A stretch of 64,000 bases of DNA, taken from positions 90,907 through 154,906 of the forward strand of contig CAKPMJ010000002.1 of assembly GCA_934167965.1 (NCBI GenBank), given 5' to 3'. Positions 38,613 through 47,895 of the stretch are shown piece after piece. Each line of letters opens with the position of its first letter. Position 1 is the stretch's first letter. Below the pieces are notes generated by a model. That model had not been told where the DNA came from and did not search any database. It worked only from the letters and a program-made list of their open reading frames with translations. The translations under genes were made by a program, and so were the position numbers. Origin of the DNA: an uncultured Clostridia bacterium. GTDB taxonomy: Bacteria; Bacillota; Clostridia; TANB77; CAG-508.

Positions 38613-39236
38613 CTATACTCCTTTTTCCTTTAAATTTTTTAATAATACTAATAATGAAGCTGATAAATCTTCATTTTTTATTACTATATTTTCTGGTACT
38701 TTCAAATTTACTGGTGCAAAATTCCATATAGCCTTTATTCCACATTTTATCATTTTATCACATACTTCTTGTGCCGCTTCTTTAGGAACTGTTATTATAC
38801 CAATATGTATATTCATTCTTTTTATTAAATTCTCCATTTTATCTATGTAAAATGTTTTTTTATTATCACATTTTGATTTGTCTATGTCAAATGCTATTAA
38901 AATATTAGTGTTATTCTCAAAACCTTTATAATTCATTAATGCTTGTCCTAATTTTCCTGCTCCAACTATTATTGCATCTGTCATATTATTTAGATTTAAG
39001 AACTCTTCCATGTCTAAAATTAAGTTTTTAGTACAAAATCCTATTCCTGGTTTTCCATCACTTTTACTTACTAATGCTAAATCTTTTCTTACTTGTATTG
39101 GATTTAAATTTAATTCTTTTGCTATTGCAGTTGACGATATTAATTCTACTCCATTTTCCTTTTTATCTTTTAAAACTCTTAGATATTTAGGAAGTCTTTT
39201 TAAACTCGCTTGTGAAATATATTGATTATCTTCCAT
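38613..39236 (-). CDS. rex: Redox-sensing transcriptional repressor Rex
   Basis: N-terminal winged helix (LKRLPKYLRVL) and Rossmann NADH-binding motif IVGAGKLGQAL. Confidence 0.9.
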   Translation of the reverse strand: MEDNQYISQASLKRLPKYLRVLKDKKENGVELISSTAIAKELNLNPIQVRKDLALVSKSDGKPGIGFCTKNLILDMEEFLNLNNMTDAIIVGAGKLGQALMNYKGFENNTNILIAFDIDKSKCDNKKTFYIDKMENLIKRMNIHIGIITVPKEAAQEVCDKMIKCGIKAIWNFAPVNLKVPENIVIKNEDLSASLLVLLKNLKEKGV

Positions 39237-39420
39237 GCAAGCCTCCTCGATATTTTTTTATCGATTTAATATTAACATATGTATAATTTTTTTTCAACAT
39301 TTTTCGCATATATTTTAGTCAATTTTTTTCCATACATACAATAAAAATAGAGAATTCAAAAATTTATTTTCAAATTCTCTATTTTCAGTAGCCTCCTATC
39401 AAATCATCCTCTATGCATAT

Positions 39421-40110
39421 TTAATTATTTTCTTGTATTTTATATTGGCTAATATCAGGCTCTACAAATATACTATCATCTACATTGTCAAATTCATAAT
39501 AATATTCTGCAACTATTGCTTCTTCTGTTCCATCTTCTTTTACCGAGTATCCATTATTTGCTTTTAATGTAAGACCTGTTTGCTTTTGTATATATGCATT
39601 ATCTGCTATTAATGATTGAACAAAGTAACACTCTTTTCCTTCATATTTTACAGTTTTTATTTTACTCATAGCAGCTAATTTAAATAAACTCCATAAATTA
39701 TTCTCATAATCAAATCCCATAATCATAATTTGAGATTGTACTTCATCCTTATTAGCACCTAGCATCGCTATTTTAGAATCTTCAACATCTATATAAGTAT
39801 TTACTGTGTCTCCTTTGGTATATTGCATTAACTTTCTATTTTTACCTGTGTCTTTTTCTTTTAAAGTATATATCATCAAAGCATTCTCATCTTTTAAATA
39901 AAACTCTGTCATACCTCCAGAATTATTTACAATTTTTTCATAATGATTATTACTATTTATGTACTTTGAAACTTTATTGTTTAAATCTCTAATTATAATC
40001 ATCTTCCTAATTGTTATTGCTAAAAAAATAATTATCGCAATTAATATAAATAATAAAATAATTTTCAATACTTTCTTTTTATTCATATAAATTCCTCCTT
40101 TTCTAAGCAA
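39421..40110 (-). CDS. Hypothetical membrane-anchored protein
   Basis: N-terminal TM; no recognisable domain. Confidence 0.5.
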   Translation of the reverse strand: MLRKGGIYMNKKKVLKIILLFILIAIIIFLAITIRKMIIIRDLNNKVSKYINSNNHYEKIVNNSGGMTEFYLKDENALMIYTLKEKDTGKNRKLMQYTKGDTVNTYIDVEDSKIAMLGANKDEVQSQIMIMGFDYENNLWSLFKLAAMSKIKTVKYEGKECYFVQSLIADNAYIQKQTGLTLKANNGYSVKEDGTEEAIVAEYYYEFDNVDDSIFVEPDISQYKIQENN

Positions 40111-40298
40111 CCTTGCAATTCTGAGCTATTATATAATCTTTAGACCATTGGCTTTTCGTCATAAACTTTCATTTACTTTGCTTTTTAACCTATTTCTATT
40201 ATACCATATTTTAGCTTTTTTTTGCAAATGAGAACTTTTCTATAATAAAAAAAGTGAATTTCTGTTAATACAGTTTTTCACTTTTTTCTTAATTTACT

Positions 40299-40835
40299 TT
40301 ATGAAATTTTATTTACATTACTTAAGAATATTATGCTTTCTATAATATCCAAAACAGCATATATTAGAACTAATGCACCTATAGTTGCAATAACAATACC
40401 TGATGTGCATACTGTATATATACCACATATTAGCATTAATACAGCTATAATCAAACTATATATCCATGTTTTTGTGTACATGTCTTTTAATTTAAATGAT
40501 ATATTCATCCTTATTATAGAACTATATATTATCCATATTCCTATTAACACTCTAAATATTGCTCCTATTTGAGTACCATATACCATAACTATAATTCCTA
40601 ATATTGCTGTAATAAATCCATATGCCATATCATAATTATAAAAGTTATATTCTCCTCTATTTTTGATATCAATTATAACTTTATATAGACCAATTAAAAT
40701 TAGCAATATACCTATCACATATGATATAGCCTTTACAATTCCTTCTGGGTTTGTAATTAATAAAATTCCCAATACTGCAAATACGATTGATGCTAATAGT
40801 GATTCCCATCCTGCTTTCTTTAATATTTTTTCCAT
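40299..40835 (-). CDS. DUF308/HdeD-like small polytopic membrane protein
   Basis: 178 aa, 6 predicted TM helices with a repeat structure. Confidence 0.5.
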   Translation of the reverse strand: MEKILKKAGWESLLASIVFAVLGILLITNPEGIVKAISYVIGILLILIGLYKVIIDIKNRGEYNFYNYDMAYGFITAILGIIVMVYGTQIGAIFRVLIGIWIIYSSIIRMNISFKLKDMYTKTWIYSLIIAVLMLICGIYTVCTSGIVIATIGALVLIYAVLDIIESIIFLSNVNKIS

Positions 40836-40910
40836 AAATCATCCCTCCTATTTTGTATATTTATCATACTTTTGTGAATTTTATATGAATTTTTAGTAAA
40901 TTTTGTTATT

Positions 40911-42146
40911 TTAATTGTTTTTATCTTTATATACTTTAACTATATCTTTAAAACTCATTTTTGTACCATAATTTAAAATAGCATTTGAATATATTTTTAT
41001 AGTTACTTTTGATATTACTAATATTGTAACAATAAGTACTGCTATTGATATTAAAACATCTGTATTACTTGCTAATCCCATCATTATTCTAAATGGCATA
41101 CAAAATGGTGATGATATTGGAAATATTGAAGCAAATACATTAAGATTGCTTGTAGGATTCATCATTGTGAAATATGATAAATAGAATCCAATTACGGCAA
41201 GCATTGCTACTGGTCCATTTGCAGATTGTATATCTTCTGGCTTTGCTACAGTAGAACCTGTTAATGCATATAATAATGCATAAGTTAAATATCCTAATAT
41301 AAAATATAAAACTGTAATTACTCCTAAATATGGAGTTATTGCTGACATATCTAATATTGAATCTATCATTTCTGGTTCTAAGCATGTTTTTGCACAAATA
41401 AGTGCTACTCCAACTAAAATCACCATTTGCAATAATCCAACTAATCCAATTCCTATTGTTTTACCCAATACAATAGTTTTAGGAGTTGTTGATGTTACAA
41501 GTGTTTCTATAATTTTTGACGTTTTTTCTGTTGTTATTGAACTTGAAACTTGGTATGCACAAAAATATATTGCATAAAATAGTACAATAGATAGCAACAT
41601 CATTGCAAAAACATTCCCTTTAGCTTCTTTTTCTTCTGTTTGCTCTAATGAAAATTCAAAGTCTGGAGTAATTGATTTTAGCTGTTCTTCAGTTAATCCT
41701 AGTTTACTTATTTGTAAATTAGAATATATTGTATTTATTGATGTAACTATATCTTCTGGCACTTCTGTCATCATTGTTGAACTTTTTACTATATATCTTA
41801 CTTTTACTTTTTCATCTTGTTTTTCTATTATTATTGCTGATTCAATATCTTCATTGTCTATTTTTTGTTTTATTTGCTCATATGATTCTTTTGATATTTC
41901 TATTTCATATCCTGTATCCATATCTTTTAAGCTCTCAAGAGCACCTTCAAAAATGTTATTTTCATCTACTATAACAAGTTTATCACCAGTACTTTCTCCT
42001 TTAACAGCCTTTAAAATATTTGGAATATTAAAACCAATAATTATCATTATTAGAAAAATGATAGTTGAAATTATAAAAGATTTTCTTTTTACCATATCTT
42101 TCATTGTAAAATTCATTACTGTTAATAAATCTCTCATGTTATTCAC
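40911..42146 (-). CDS. ABC-2 family transporter permease
   Basis: N-terminal TM, large extracytoplasmic loop, C-terminal 5 TM; overlaps the ATPase gene. Confidence 0.7.
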   Translation of the reverse strand: MNNMRDLLTVMNFTMKDMVKRKSFIISTIIFLIMIIIGFNIPNILKAVKGESTGDKLVIVDENNIFEGALESLKDMDTGYEIEISKESYEQIKQKIDNEDIESAIIIEKQDEKVKVRYIVKSSTMMTEVPEDIVTSINTIYSNLQISKLGLTEEQLKSITPDFEFSLEQTEEKEAKGNVFAMMLLSIVLFYAIYFCAYQVSSSITTEKTSKIIETLVTSTTPKTIVLGKTIGIGLVGLLQMVILVGVALICAKTCLEPEMIDSILDMSAITPYLGVITVLYFILGYLTYALLYALTGSTVAKPEDIQSANGPVAMLAVIGFYLSYFTMMNPTSNLNVFASIFPISSPFCMPFRIMMGLASNTDVLISIAVLIVTILVISKVTIKIYSNAILNYGTKMSFKDIVKVYKDKNN

Positions 42147-43056
42147 CTACCTTTTCTATAAAGATATCATTTAATGTTGGTTTCATTATTTCAAACTTAT
42201 TTACTGTTACTTCATTTTTAACAAGTTCTTTTAGAAGTTCGTGAGCCTGATTTTCATTCTCTATTTTTATTATATAGTCATTATTGTTATTAATCTCTTT
42301 TTCTAATTTTAATTTTTCAATATATGTATCTATTTGTTCATTTGTTTGTATCTTAAGTCTATTAGCTGGATATCCTTCTTTAATTTTTCTTAAATTTCCT
42401 TGTAATACAGTTTTACCTTTATTTAATATTAATATATCACTGCAAAACTGTTCTATTGTTGACATTTGATGTGCTGACATTATTACATATTTTTGATTTT
42501 CAACCAATTCAATTATTATATTTTTTAATAATTCTGTATTTACAGGGTCTAATCCACTAAATGGTTCATCCAAAACAACCAATTCTGGATTATGTATTAC
42601 TGCAGTCATAAATTGGATTTTTTGTTGATTTCCTTTTGATAATTTCTCTGCAAGCATATCCATATATTCTTCAACTTTTAATTTATGTGCCCAATTCTTT
42701 ATTGATTTATCTGCATCTGTTTGGCTCATTCCTTTTAATTTTGCAAAATACATTAATTGGTCATATATCTTTACTTTTGGATATACTCCTCTTTCTTCTG
42801 GAAGATAACCAAAATTAACTGATTTTCTATCTACTTTTTTACCATTCCAGGTTATTTCTCCACTATCTTTTTTTATTATTCCAAGCAACATTCTTATAGT
42901 TGTTGTTTTTCCCGCTCCATTAGTTCCAAGAAGTCCAAAAACTCCCGGTTTTTCTAATGAAAATGAAATTCCATCTACTGCAGTTTTACCAATAAATGTT
43001 TTAGAAACATTCTCTAAAATTAATCCCATTTTATTTATTCTCCTATTAACCAACAA
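42139..43056 (-). CDS. ABC transporter ATP-binding protein (with C-terminal extension domain)
   Basis: Walker A GTNGAGKTT, signature LSKGNQQK, Walker B VVLDEP. Confidence 0.9.
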   Translation of the reverse strand: MLVNRRINKMGLILENVSKTFIGKTAVDGISFSLEKPGVFGLLGTNGAGKTTTIRMLLGIIKKDSGEITWNGKKVDRKSVNFGYLPEERGVYPKVKIYDQLMYFAKLKGMSQTDADKSIKNWAHKLKVEEYMDMLAEKLSKGNQQKIQFMTAVIHNPELVVLDEPFSGLDPVNTELLKNIIIELVENQKYVIMSAHQMSTIEQFCSDILILNKGKTVLQGNLRKIKEGYPANRLKIQTNEQIDTYIEKLKLEKEINNNNDYIIKIENENQAHELLKELVKNEVTVNKFEIMKPTLNDIFIEKVGE

Positions 43057-43687
43057 AATTACTTCCTAACCATATTCTTGATATAAGATCTATAGAAAAT
43101 AAGGTTAAAGTACTTATTGCCAAGGTATTTACTACTTTTTTATTATTTAATACAAATCTATTTAACATTGGTTGCATCCAATATATGGATATAAGTGCAA
43201 TAATCCCAAACTTTGCATCTGGTATTAGTGCTATTCTTCCTTGAAAGTTCATGAAATTCTCGCTATAATCCCATAATGTTTTAAAGTTTCCTCCGTTGTA
43301 ATCAATTATATATGTTGTTGCTAATTCTACTGCTGTTGCCAATATACATGATTCTAAATATATAATTAATGGTCTAATATTTACTTTTCCAATTTTTATT
43401 GGCTTATTCTTTGTTCTATAAAATATTATTGTTATTAGTAAACCTCCAACTCCATAAATAGGTAGCCATGGTCCAAATAAAAATCCTCTATTTAAAAGTT
43501 GATGTTCTTCTACTACAAAAACAATTCCTTCATATATCCATCCAACTATGCAATATATTATAAAAAATATAAATATATCTCTTATTACTTCAACTTTTTT
43601 CATTTTTGAAAAATCTATACCAAAATTAAATATCTCGTTTATCCCCATTTTTATTCTCCGTTTCTTGTTACATTTTCTATTCAACAT
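43046..43687 (-). CDS. Putative ABC-transporter type IV membrane protein (CmpB/DUF1113-like)
   Basis: WIYEGIVFVVEEHQLLNRGFLFGPWLPIYGVGG matches the family core. Confidence 0.55.
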   Translation of the reverse strand: MLNRKCNKKRRIKMGINEIFNFGIDFSKMKKVEVIRDIFIFFIIYCIVGWIYEGIVFVVEEHQLLNRGFLFGPWLPIYGVGGLLITIIFYRTKNKPIKIGKVNIRPLIIYLESCILATAVELATTYIIDYNGGNFKTLWDYSENFMNFQGRIALIPDAKFGIIALISIYWMQPMLNRFVLNNKKVVNTLAISTLTLFSIDLISRIWLGSNFVG

Positions 43688-44468
43688 TTACACCTTTTTT
43701 TATTATCTTACTTCCAATTATATAATAAATCAATATATATACCAAATATAATATAATTCCTCCATGCATCATAAGTTGAATTGTATCTTTATTTGGTAAC
43801 TCCACTGTATCAAATAAATTCATTATATTGCTATTAAATAATCCTGCCACAAATAGCAATAATAAAGTAGTAATACTCATTACCATAAAAGCACAAAATC
43901 CATATATAACAGATTTTACTATTCTTTTATTGTTTGACTTATGTCCTAATACAATTCCTAAATACCCTGCAATTAAAATAAATGTAAATTCTAATATCAA
44001 TATCACTGCTATTACAATTACTAATATGTTTATATTAATTTCTAGTATTGATGCAACTGGTGTAAGTATTCCTTTAATTATTTCAATATTGTTTTTTGTT
44101 CCATATCCTATTGCAATACATATAAATATTACCACAAATGAAGTTATTATTGCAATAAAACCAGACAAAACTTTTGATAAAAATATTGTTTTATTTTTTA
44201 CAGGTAATGTATGAGTTAAATAAGATTCATCTTTGTATACATTTCTCACTAATCTAACCCAACATCTCATAAAATTATTTATTATGATATTAAACATCAT
44301 AGCTATTGATATACCATAGCATACTTGTGTTACAATATTAAATATTATAGAATTTTCTATATTACTTAGTCCTCTTGCTATTCCTGAAAAAACTAATCCT
44401 AAAATATAGAAAATAATTAATGGTTTATATATCCATTTTAAATCATATTTCATTAATTTTCCTAGCAT
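43677..44468 (-). CDS. ABC-2 family permease (YtrC/D-like)
   Basis: 6-TM hydrophobic protein overlapping the upstream ATPase. Confidence 0.65.
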   Translation of the reverse strand: MLGKLMKYDLKWIYKPLIIFYILGLVFSGIARGLSNIENSIIFNIVTQVCYGISIAMMFNIIINNFMRCWVRLVRNVYKDESYLTHTLPVKNKTIFLSKVLSGFIAIITSFVVIFICIAIGYGTKNNIEIIKGILTPVASILEININILVIVIAVILILEFTFILIAGYLGIVLGHKSNNKRIVKSVIYGFCAFMVMSITTLLLLFVAGLFNSNIMNLFDTVELPNKDTIQLMMHGGIILYLVYILIYYIIGSKIIKKGVNVE

Positions 44469-45157
44469 TTAAAACACCTCCTAAATATTTCATCTATTGA
44501 TCCCTTTTCTTTTTCTCTTAATTCATCTGCTGGAGATGTTAATATAATTTCACCATTATTCATGAATATTACTTCATCTAATATTCTTTCTATATCAGCA
44601 ATTAAATGTGTTGATATAATTAAACTTGCACCTTCCTTAAAATTTGACAATATCGTATCTAAAATATAATCTCTTGTTGCAGGATCAACGCCTCCTAGCG
44701 GTTCATCTAATATGTACAAGTCCGCTTCTCTACTCATTACTAGAACCAATTGTAGTTTTTCTTGCATACCTTTAGACATTTTCGAAATTTTCTTATTTAT
44801 GTCCAAATTCAAATCCTTTAATAATTTCTTTGCTTTATTACTATCAAAATTATCATAAAAATCCTCAAAAAATTTAAACACTTCTGATATTTTCATATCT
44901 TTGTCTAAATATGTTCTTTCTGGTAAATATGATATAATTTTTTTGGAGTTTACACCCGGTTTTTCACCATTTATATAAATCTCGCCACTTGTAGGTATTA
45001 GTAAATCATTAATTAATTTTATAAGTGTTGATTTTCCTACACCATTCATTCCTAAAAGACCTATAATTTTGCCTCTTTCAATCTTCAAGTTTATGTCTTT
45101 TAAAATTGGAGTATTATCAAAATTTTTACACAAGTGCTTACATTCTAATAATTCCAT
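44462..45157 (-). CDS. ABC transporter ATP-binding protein
   Basis: Walker A GMNGVGKST, signature MSKGMQEK, Walker B ILDEP. Confidence 0.9.
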   Translation of the reverse strand: MELLECKHLCKNFDNTPILKDINLKIERGKIIGLLGMNGVGKSTLIKLINDLLIPTSGEIYINGEKPGVNSKKIISYLPERTYLDKDMKISEVFKFFEDFYDNFDSNKAKKLLKDLNLDINKKISKMSKGMQEKLQLVLVMSREADLYILDEPLGGVDPATRDYILDTILSNFKEGASLIISTHLIADIERILDEVIFMNNGEIILTSPADELREKEKGSIDEIFRRCFKC

Positions 45158-45158
45158 A

Positions 45159-45563
45159 CTATTTTCCTCCTAATTCCTGCAAGCAGTGGATAGCCTCTTC
45201 TTTACCAAATCCTATATTTTTCATTCCTTCTAGGTAATTTTCTATTTTTTCTTTTGCCAATTTTCGTTTTATCTCTTCAATTAATTCATCATTATTTGTT
45301 ACAAATTTTCCATTGGTTCTTTCAGTGTAAAGTAATCCTTCATTTTCAAGTTCTGTTAATGCTTTTTGCATTGTATTTGGATTTACTCTTGCTGTAAGTG
45401 CTAGCTCTCTTACAGACGGAATTCGTTCTCCCTTTTTTAACTCACCAGATACAATTTGTATTCGCAACATTTCTACTAATTGAATATAAATTGGCCTTTC
45501 ATCATCAAAAATATATTTCACAATATCTATCCTTTCTATTATTGTATTACTTGCATAATACAA
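45159..45563 (-). CDS. GntR-family (YtrA-subfamily) transcriptional regulator
   Basis: Winged HTH (ERIPSVRELALTARVNPNTMQKALTELENEGLL); short C-terminus typical of YtrA; leads the ABC operon. Confidence 0.85.
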   Translation of the reverse strand: MYYASNTIIERIDIVKYIFDDERPIYIQLVEMLRIQIVSGELKKGERIPSVRELALTARVNPNTMQKALTELENEGLLYTERTNGKFVTNNDELIEEIKRKLAKEKIENYLEGMKNIGFGKEEAIHCLQELGGK

Positions 45564-45613
45564 TAATACTATTTTGTGTTTTAATTGTCAATATTTTATT
45601 TGAATTTTTTTAA

Positions 45614-45642
45614 GTTGTCAAAAAGGAACGTCCCCATTGACA
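45614..45642. repeat. 29-nt palindromic motif, copy A: TTGTCAAAAAGGAACGTCCCCATTGACAA
   Basis: 7-nt inverted arms TTGTCAA/TTGACAA around a 15-nt asymmetric core. Other copies at 57180..57208 and 49616..49682; degenerate copy at ~50829..50851. Confidence 0.7.
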
Positions 45643-45861
45643 ATAAGTTTGTATCTCACCAATCCCTTTTTCTATGTATTGCCTAACTTCATTATTTTCA
45701 ATATTCATTTTTTTGTAAGCATCAAATATCAAATTATATATTTCTTGTTTTGACTTATTTTTAAATTTCTCATATATATTTTGTACATCATTCAAATCTA
45801 ATTTTAATTCTAAATAATCTCTACCTGCTAATATACATCCTATTGCCTGTACTAAAACAAT

Positions 45862-45897
45862 ACAAAAAAGACTAACTTTTGAAGTTAGTCTTACTTA
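45862..45897 (-). terminator. Intrinsic terminator downstream of gene 45902..47005
   Basis: AAGACTAACTT-CAAA-AGTTAGTCTT plus a T-run (minus-strand orientation). Confidence 0.6.
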
Positions 45898-45901
45898 TTT
45901 T

Positions 45902-47005
45902 TTATTTTTCTATATATCCTTTTATTGACTTAGTATACATGTCATCTGTTATTGATTGATATTTCTTTCCATCATAATCATCTGTAAATCCATTATATGC
46001 TTTATAAACATCTCCTGTTTCTGTATTATATACTCTTTCATATCCTAAAGTTGCATCACTTTGTTTTTGACTCATTATATCATAAGAAGCATTTCTTGAT
46101 TCCCATGAAGACATTATACTATCTGTCATCTGATTACATATATTTCTAACATTTTGGAAATTTTTCATTACAGCATCTTCTTGGCTATAAAATTGATTTA
46201 CAAATGTATCTGTAAATTGTAAAGATGATGACATCTTATTTAAAACACTTTCCCAATTTATTAGTTCATCTTTTGGAGCTGTAATAAACATTGTATTATA
46301 TACATTTAAATAATATATATCTATTTTCTTTCCTGAGAAAACGTTTTCTTGAACATAATATGGTCCCGCATCATATACATATGCAGTAAATATTCCTTCT
46401 GCTTCTCTTCCATTTTCATTCTTAAAAGTTGCTCTTAATATATCTCCATCATTTATTGGAGATTTACCAATCTTTTCTGTTACTTTAAAATTAGTTAATG
46501 TTGGAAATGTAAATTCAGCTGTATTATTTACTGGTCCTAATTCATTAAATATCTTATAAAAACCTTCTGTAGTTTTTTCCGATATTACTGGATTTTTTGC
46601 AAATATACTATCTGGATAATATTTATTTTGAAAGTCTTTAGCATCTTGTGATTTGTTATATCCTTCTGTTTTCATATTAAAGAAAAATTGATATGCAGTA
46701 TCTTTTGGATTATATACCTTAATAGTATAATGTATACAATCTCCTATTACTTGAGTCTCCCATCCTTCTGGTATATCCATTGATACTAACCCATTATTAA
46801 AGTTAGTATATTTAATACTTGCAGTTTCACTTTCTTTTATTTTTACATCTTCTTTTTTAGAAAAAATACCACTACTTTTTGAAGATCCATTTTCATTCTC
46901 ATTTTTATTATTTTTTATAACTATCCCCCCTATAATACAAATTACTAAAATAATTGCTATACTTGCAATTATTAACAATACTTTTTTGTTTTTTATTTTT
47001 TCCAT
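45902..47005 (-). CDS. Hypothetical N-terminally anchored extracellular protein (367 aa)
   Basis: N-terminal TM/signal anchor; no C-terminal sorting signal; unknown domain. Confidence 0.5.
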   Translation of the reverse strand: MEKIKNKKVLLIIASIAIILVICIIGGIVIKNNKNENENGSSKSSGIFSKKEDVKIKESETASIKYTNFNNGLVSMDIPEGWETQVIGDCIHYTIKVYNPKDTAYQFFFNMKTEGYNKSQDAKDFQNKYYPDSIFAKNPVISEKTTEGFYKIFNELGPVNNTAEFTFPTLTNFKVTEKIGKSPINDGDILRATFKNENGREAEGIFTAYVYDAGPYYVQENVFSGKKIDIYYLNVYNTMFITAPKDELINWESVLNKMSSSLQFTDTFVNQFYSQEDAVMKNFQNVRNICNQMTDSIMSSWESRNASYDIMSQKQSDATLGYERVYNTETGDVYKAYNGFTDDYDGKKYQSITDDMYTKSIKGYIEK

Positions 47006-47009
47006 ATCA

Positions 47010-47768
47010 CTATTCCTCCTCTATTATTTTTTTAGCATGTACTACCACTCTATACTTGTTATTATTAGCACATGTTGACAATGTTAAAATAGAATCTTTT
47101 TTTGATACATCTATTTTAAAATCTTTGATACTTCTTTCTTTTATAGTTTGTATAAATTTCTCAAACTCACTATCATTTTTAAATTCAGTCTTAATATAAT
47201 AATCTTCTTCCTCTATCTTATAAATAGAAAATATTTGATATATATCATTTTGCTTCTCTGTATTAAGTATAATTTTTTCATTTTCTTTATTATTATACCA
47301 CTCCGATTTTAAAACTTTTTTCAAACTTCCAAACATTGAATTATCTCTTCTATTATGCCCATAAATCACAATATTTTTGTCTGTATTATCAAATTTATTT
47401 TTGTAGTCAGCAAAAATCCAACCGGCCGAGTTTATTTTTTTATTAAAACTATGTGTTAAATAAAATTCATTGTCTTTTGCCCTTACAATAGGATATTCAA
47501 TATTTGTATTATTTACTTTAATCCATGCAATAGTGTCATCATTTTGTTCTTTTAGTGATTTAAAATTTATATTATATTTTTCTTTTCCTTCATCAGAATT
47601 ATCATTTTCAACAATTACTGAATTATTTATTTGCCCCATTATATCATTACTCTCATTATTCTCTTTATACCATTTGTATATTTTTCCTTCTGAATATACT
47701 AACATACAAAATAATATCAAATAAATAAGTATATATTTTTTCTTCATCAAAACTCCCTTTCTCCACAT
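47010..47768 (-). CDS. srtB: Class B sortase (SrtB)
   Basis: Catalytic His in IYGHN and Cys in TLSTC; N-terminal signal anchor; size and motifs match SrtB. Confidence 0.8.
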   Translation of the reverse strand: MWRKGVLMKKKYILIYLILFCMLVYSEGKIYKWYKENNESNDIMGQINNSVIVENDNSDEGKEKYNINFKSLKEQNDDTIAWIKVNNTNIEYPIVRAKDNEFYLTHSFNKKINSAGWIFADYKNKFDNTDKNIVIYGHNRRDNSMFGSLKKVLKSEWYNNKENEKIILNTEKQNDIYQIFSIYKIEEEDYYIKTEFKNDSEFEKFIQTIKERSIKDFKIDVSKKDSILTLSTCANNNKYRVVVHAKKIIEEE

Positions 47769-47805
47769 ATATATTTTATCATATTATTTTTTATTTTTCA
47801 CGTTT

Positions 47806-47834
47806 TTACCAATATTTCCGTGACTCTTTGGTAA
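47806..47834. promoter_or_regulatory. Inverted repeat TTACCAA-N15-TTGGTAA in the promoter region of the double-HTH regulator, followed by TATAAT at ~47845
   Basis: Same 7-N15-7 geometry as the repeated palindromic motif, different sequence. Confidence 0.35.
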
Positions 47835-47895
47835 TTGATTTTTTTATAATTATGTGCTATATTATACCCATATAAATTTAACTTTGGAGGTTATT

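Noticed and set aside
45610-45795. 61-aa ORF whose C-terminus (…CQWGRSFLTT) is encoded by the palindromic motif
   Set aside because: No RBS. The same motif at 57180-57208 has a stop codon immediately upstream in that frame, so the peptide is probably an accidental frame through a DNA or RNA element.
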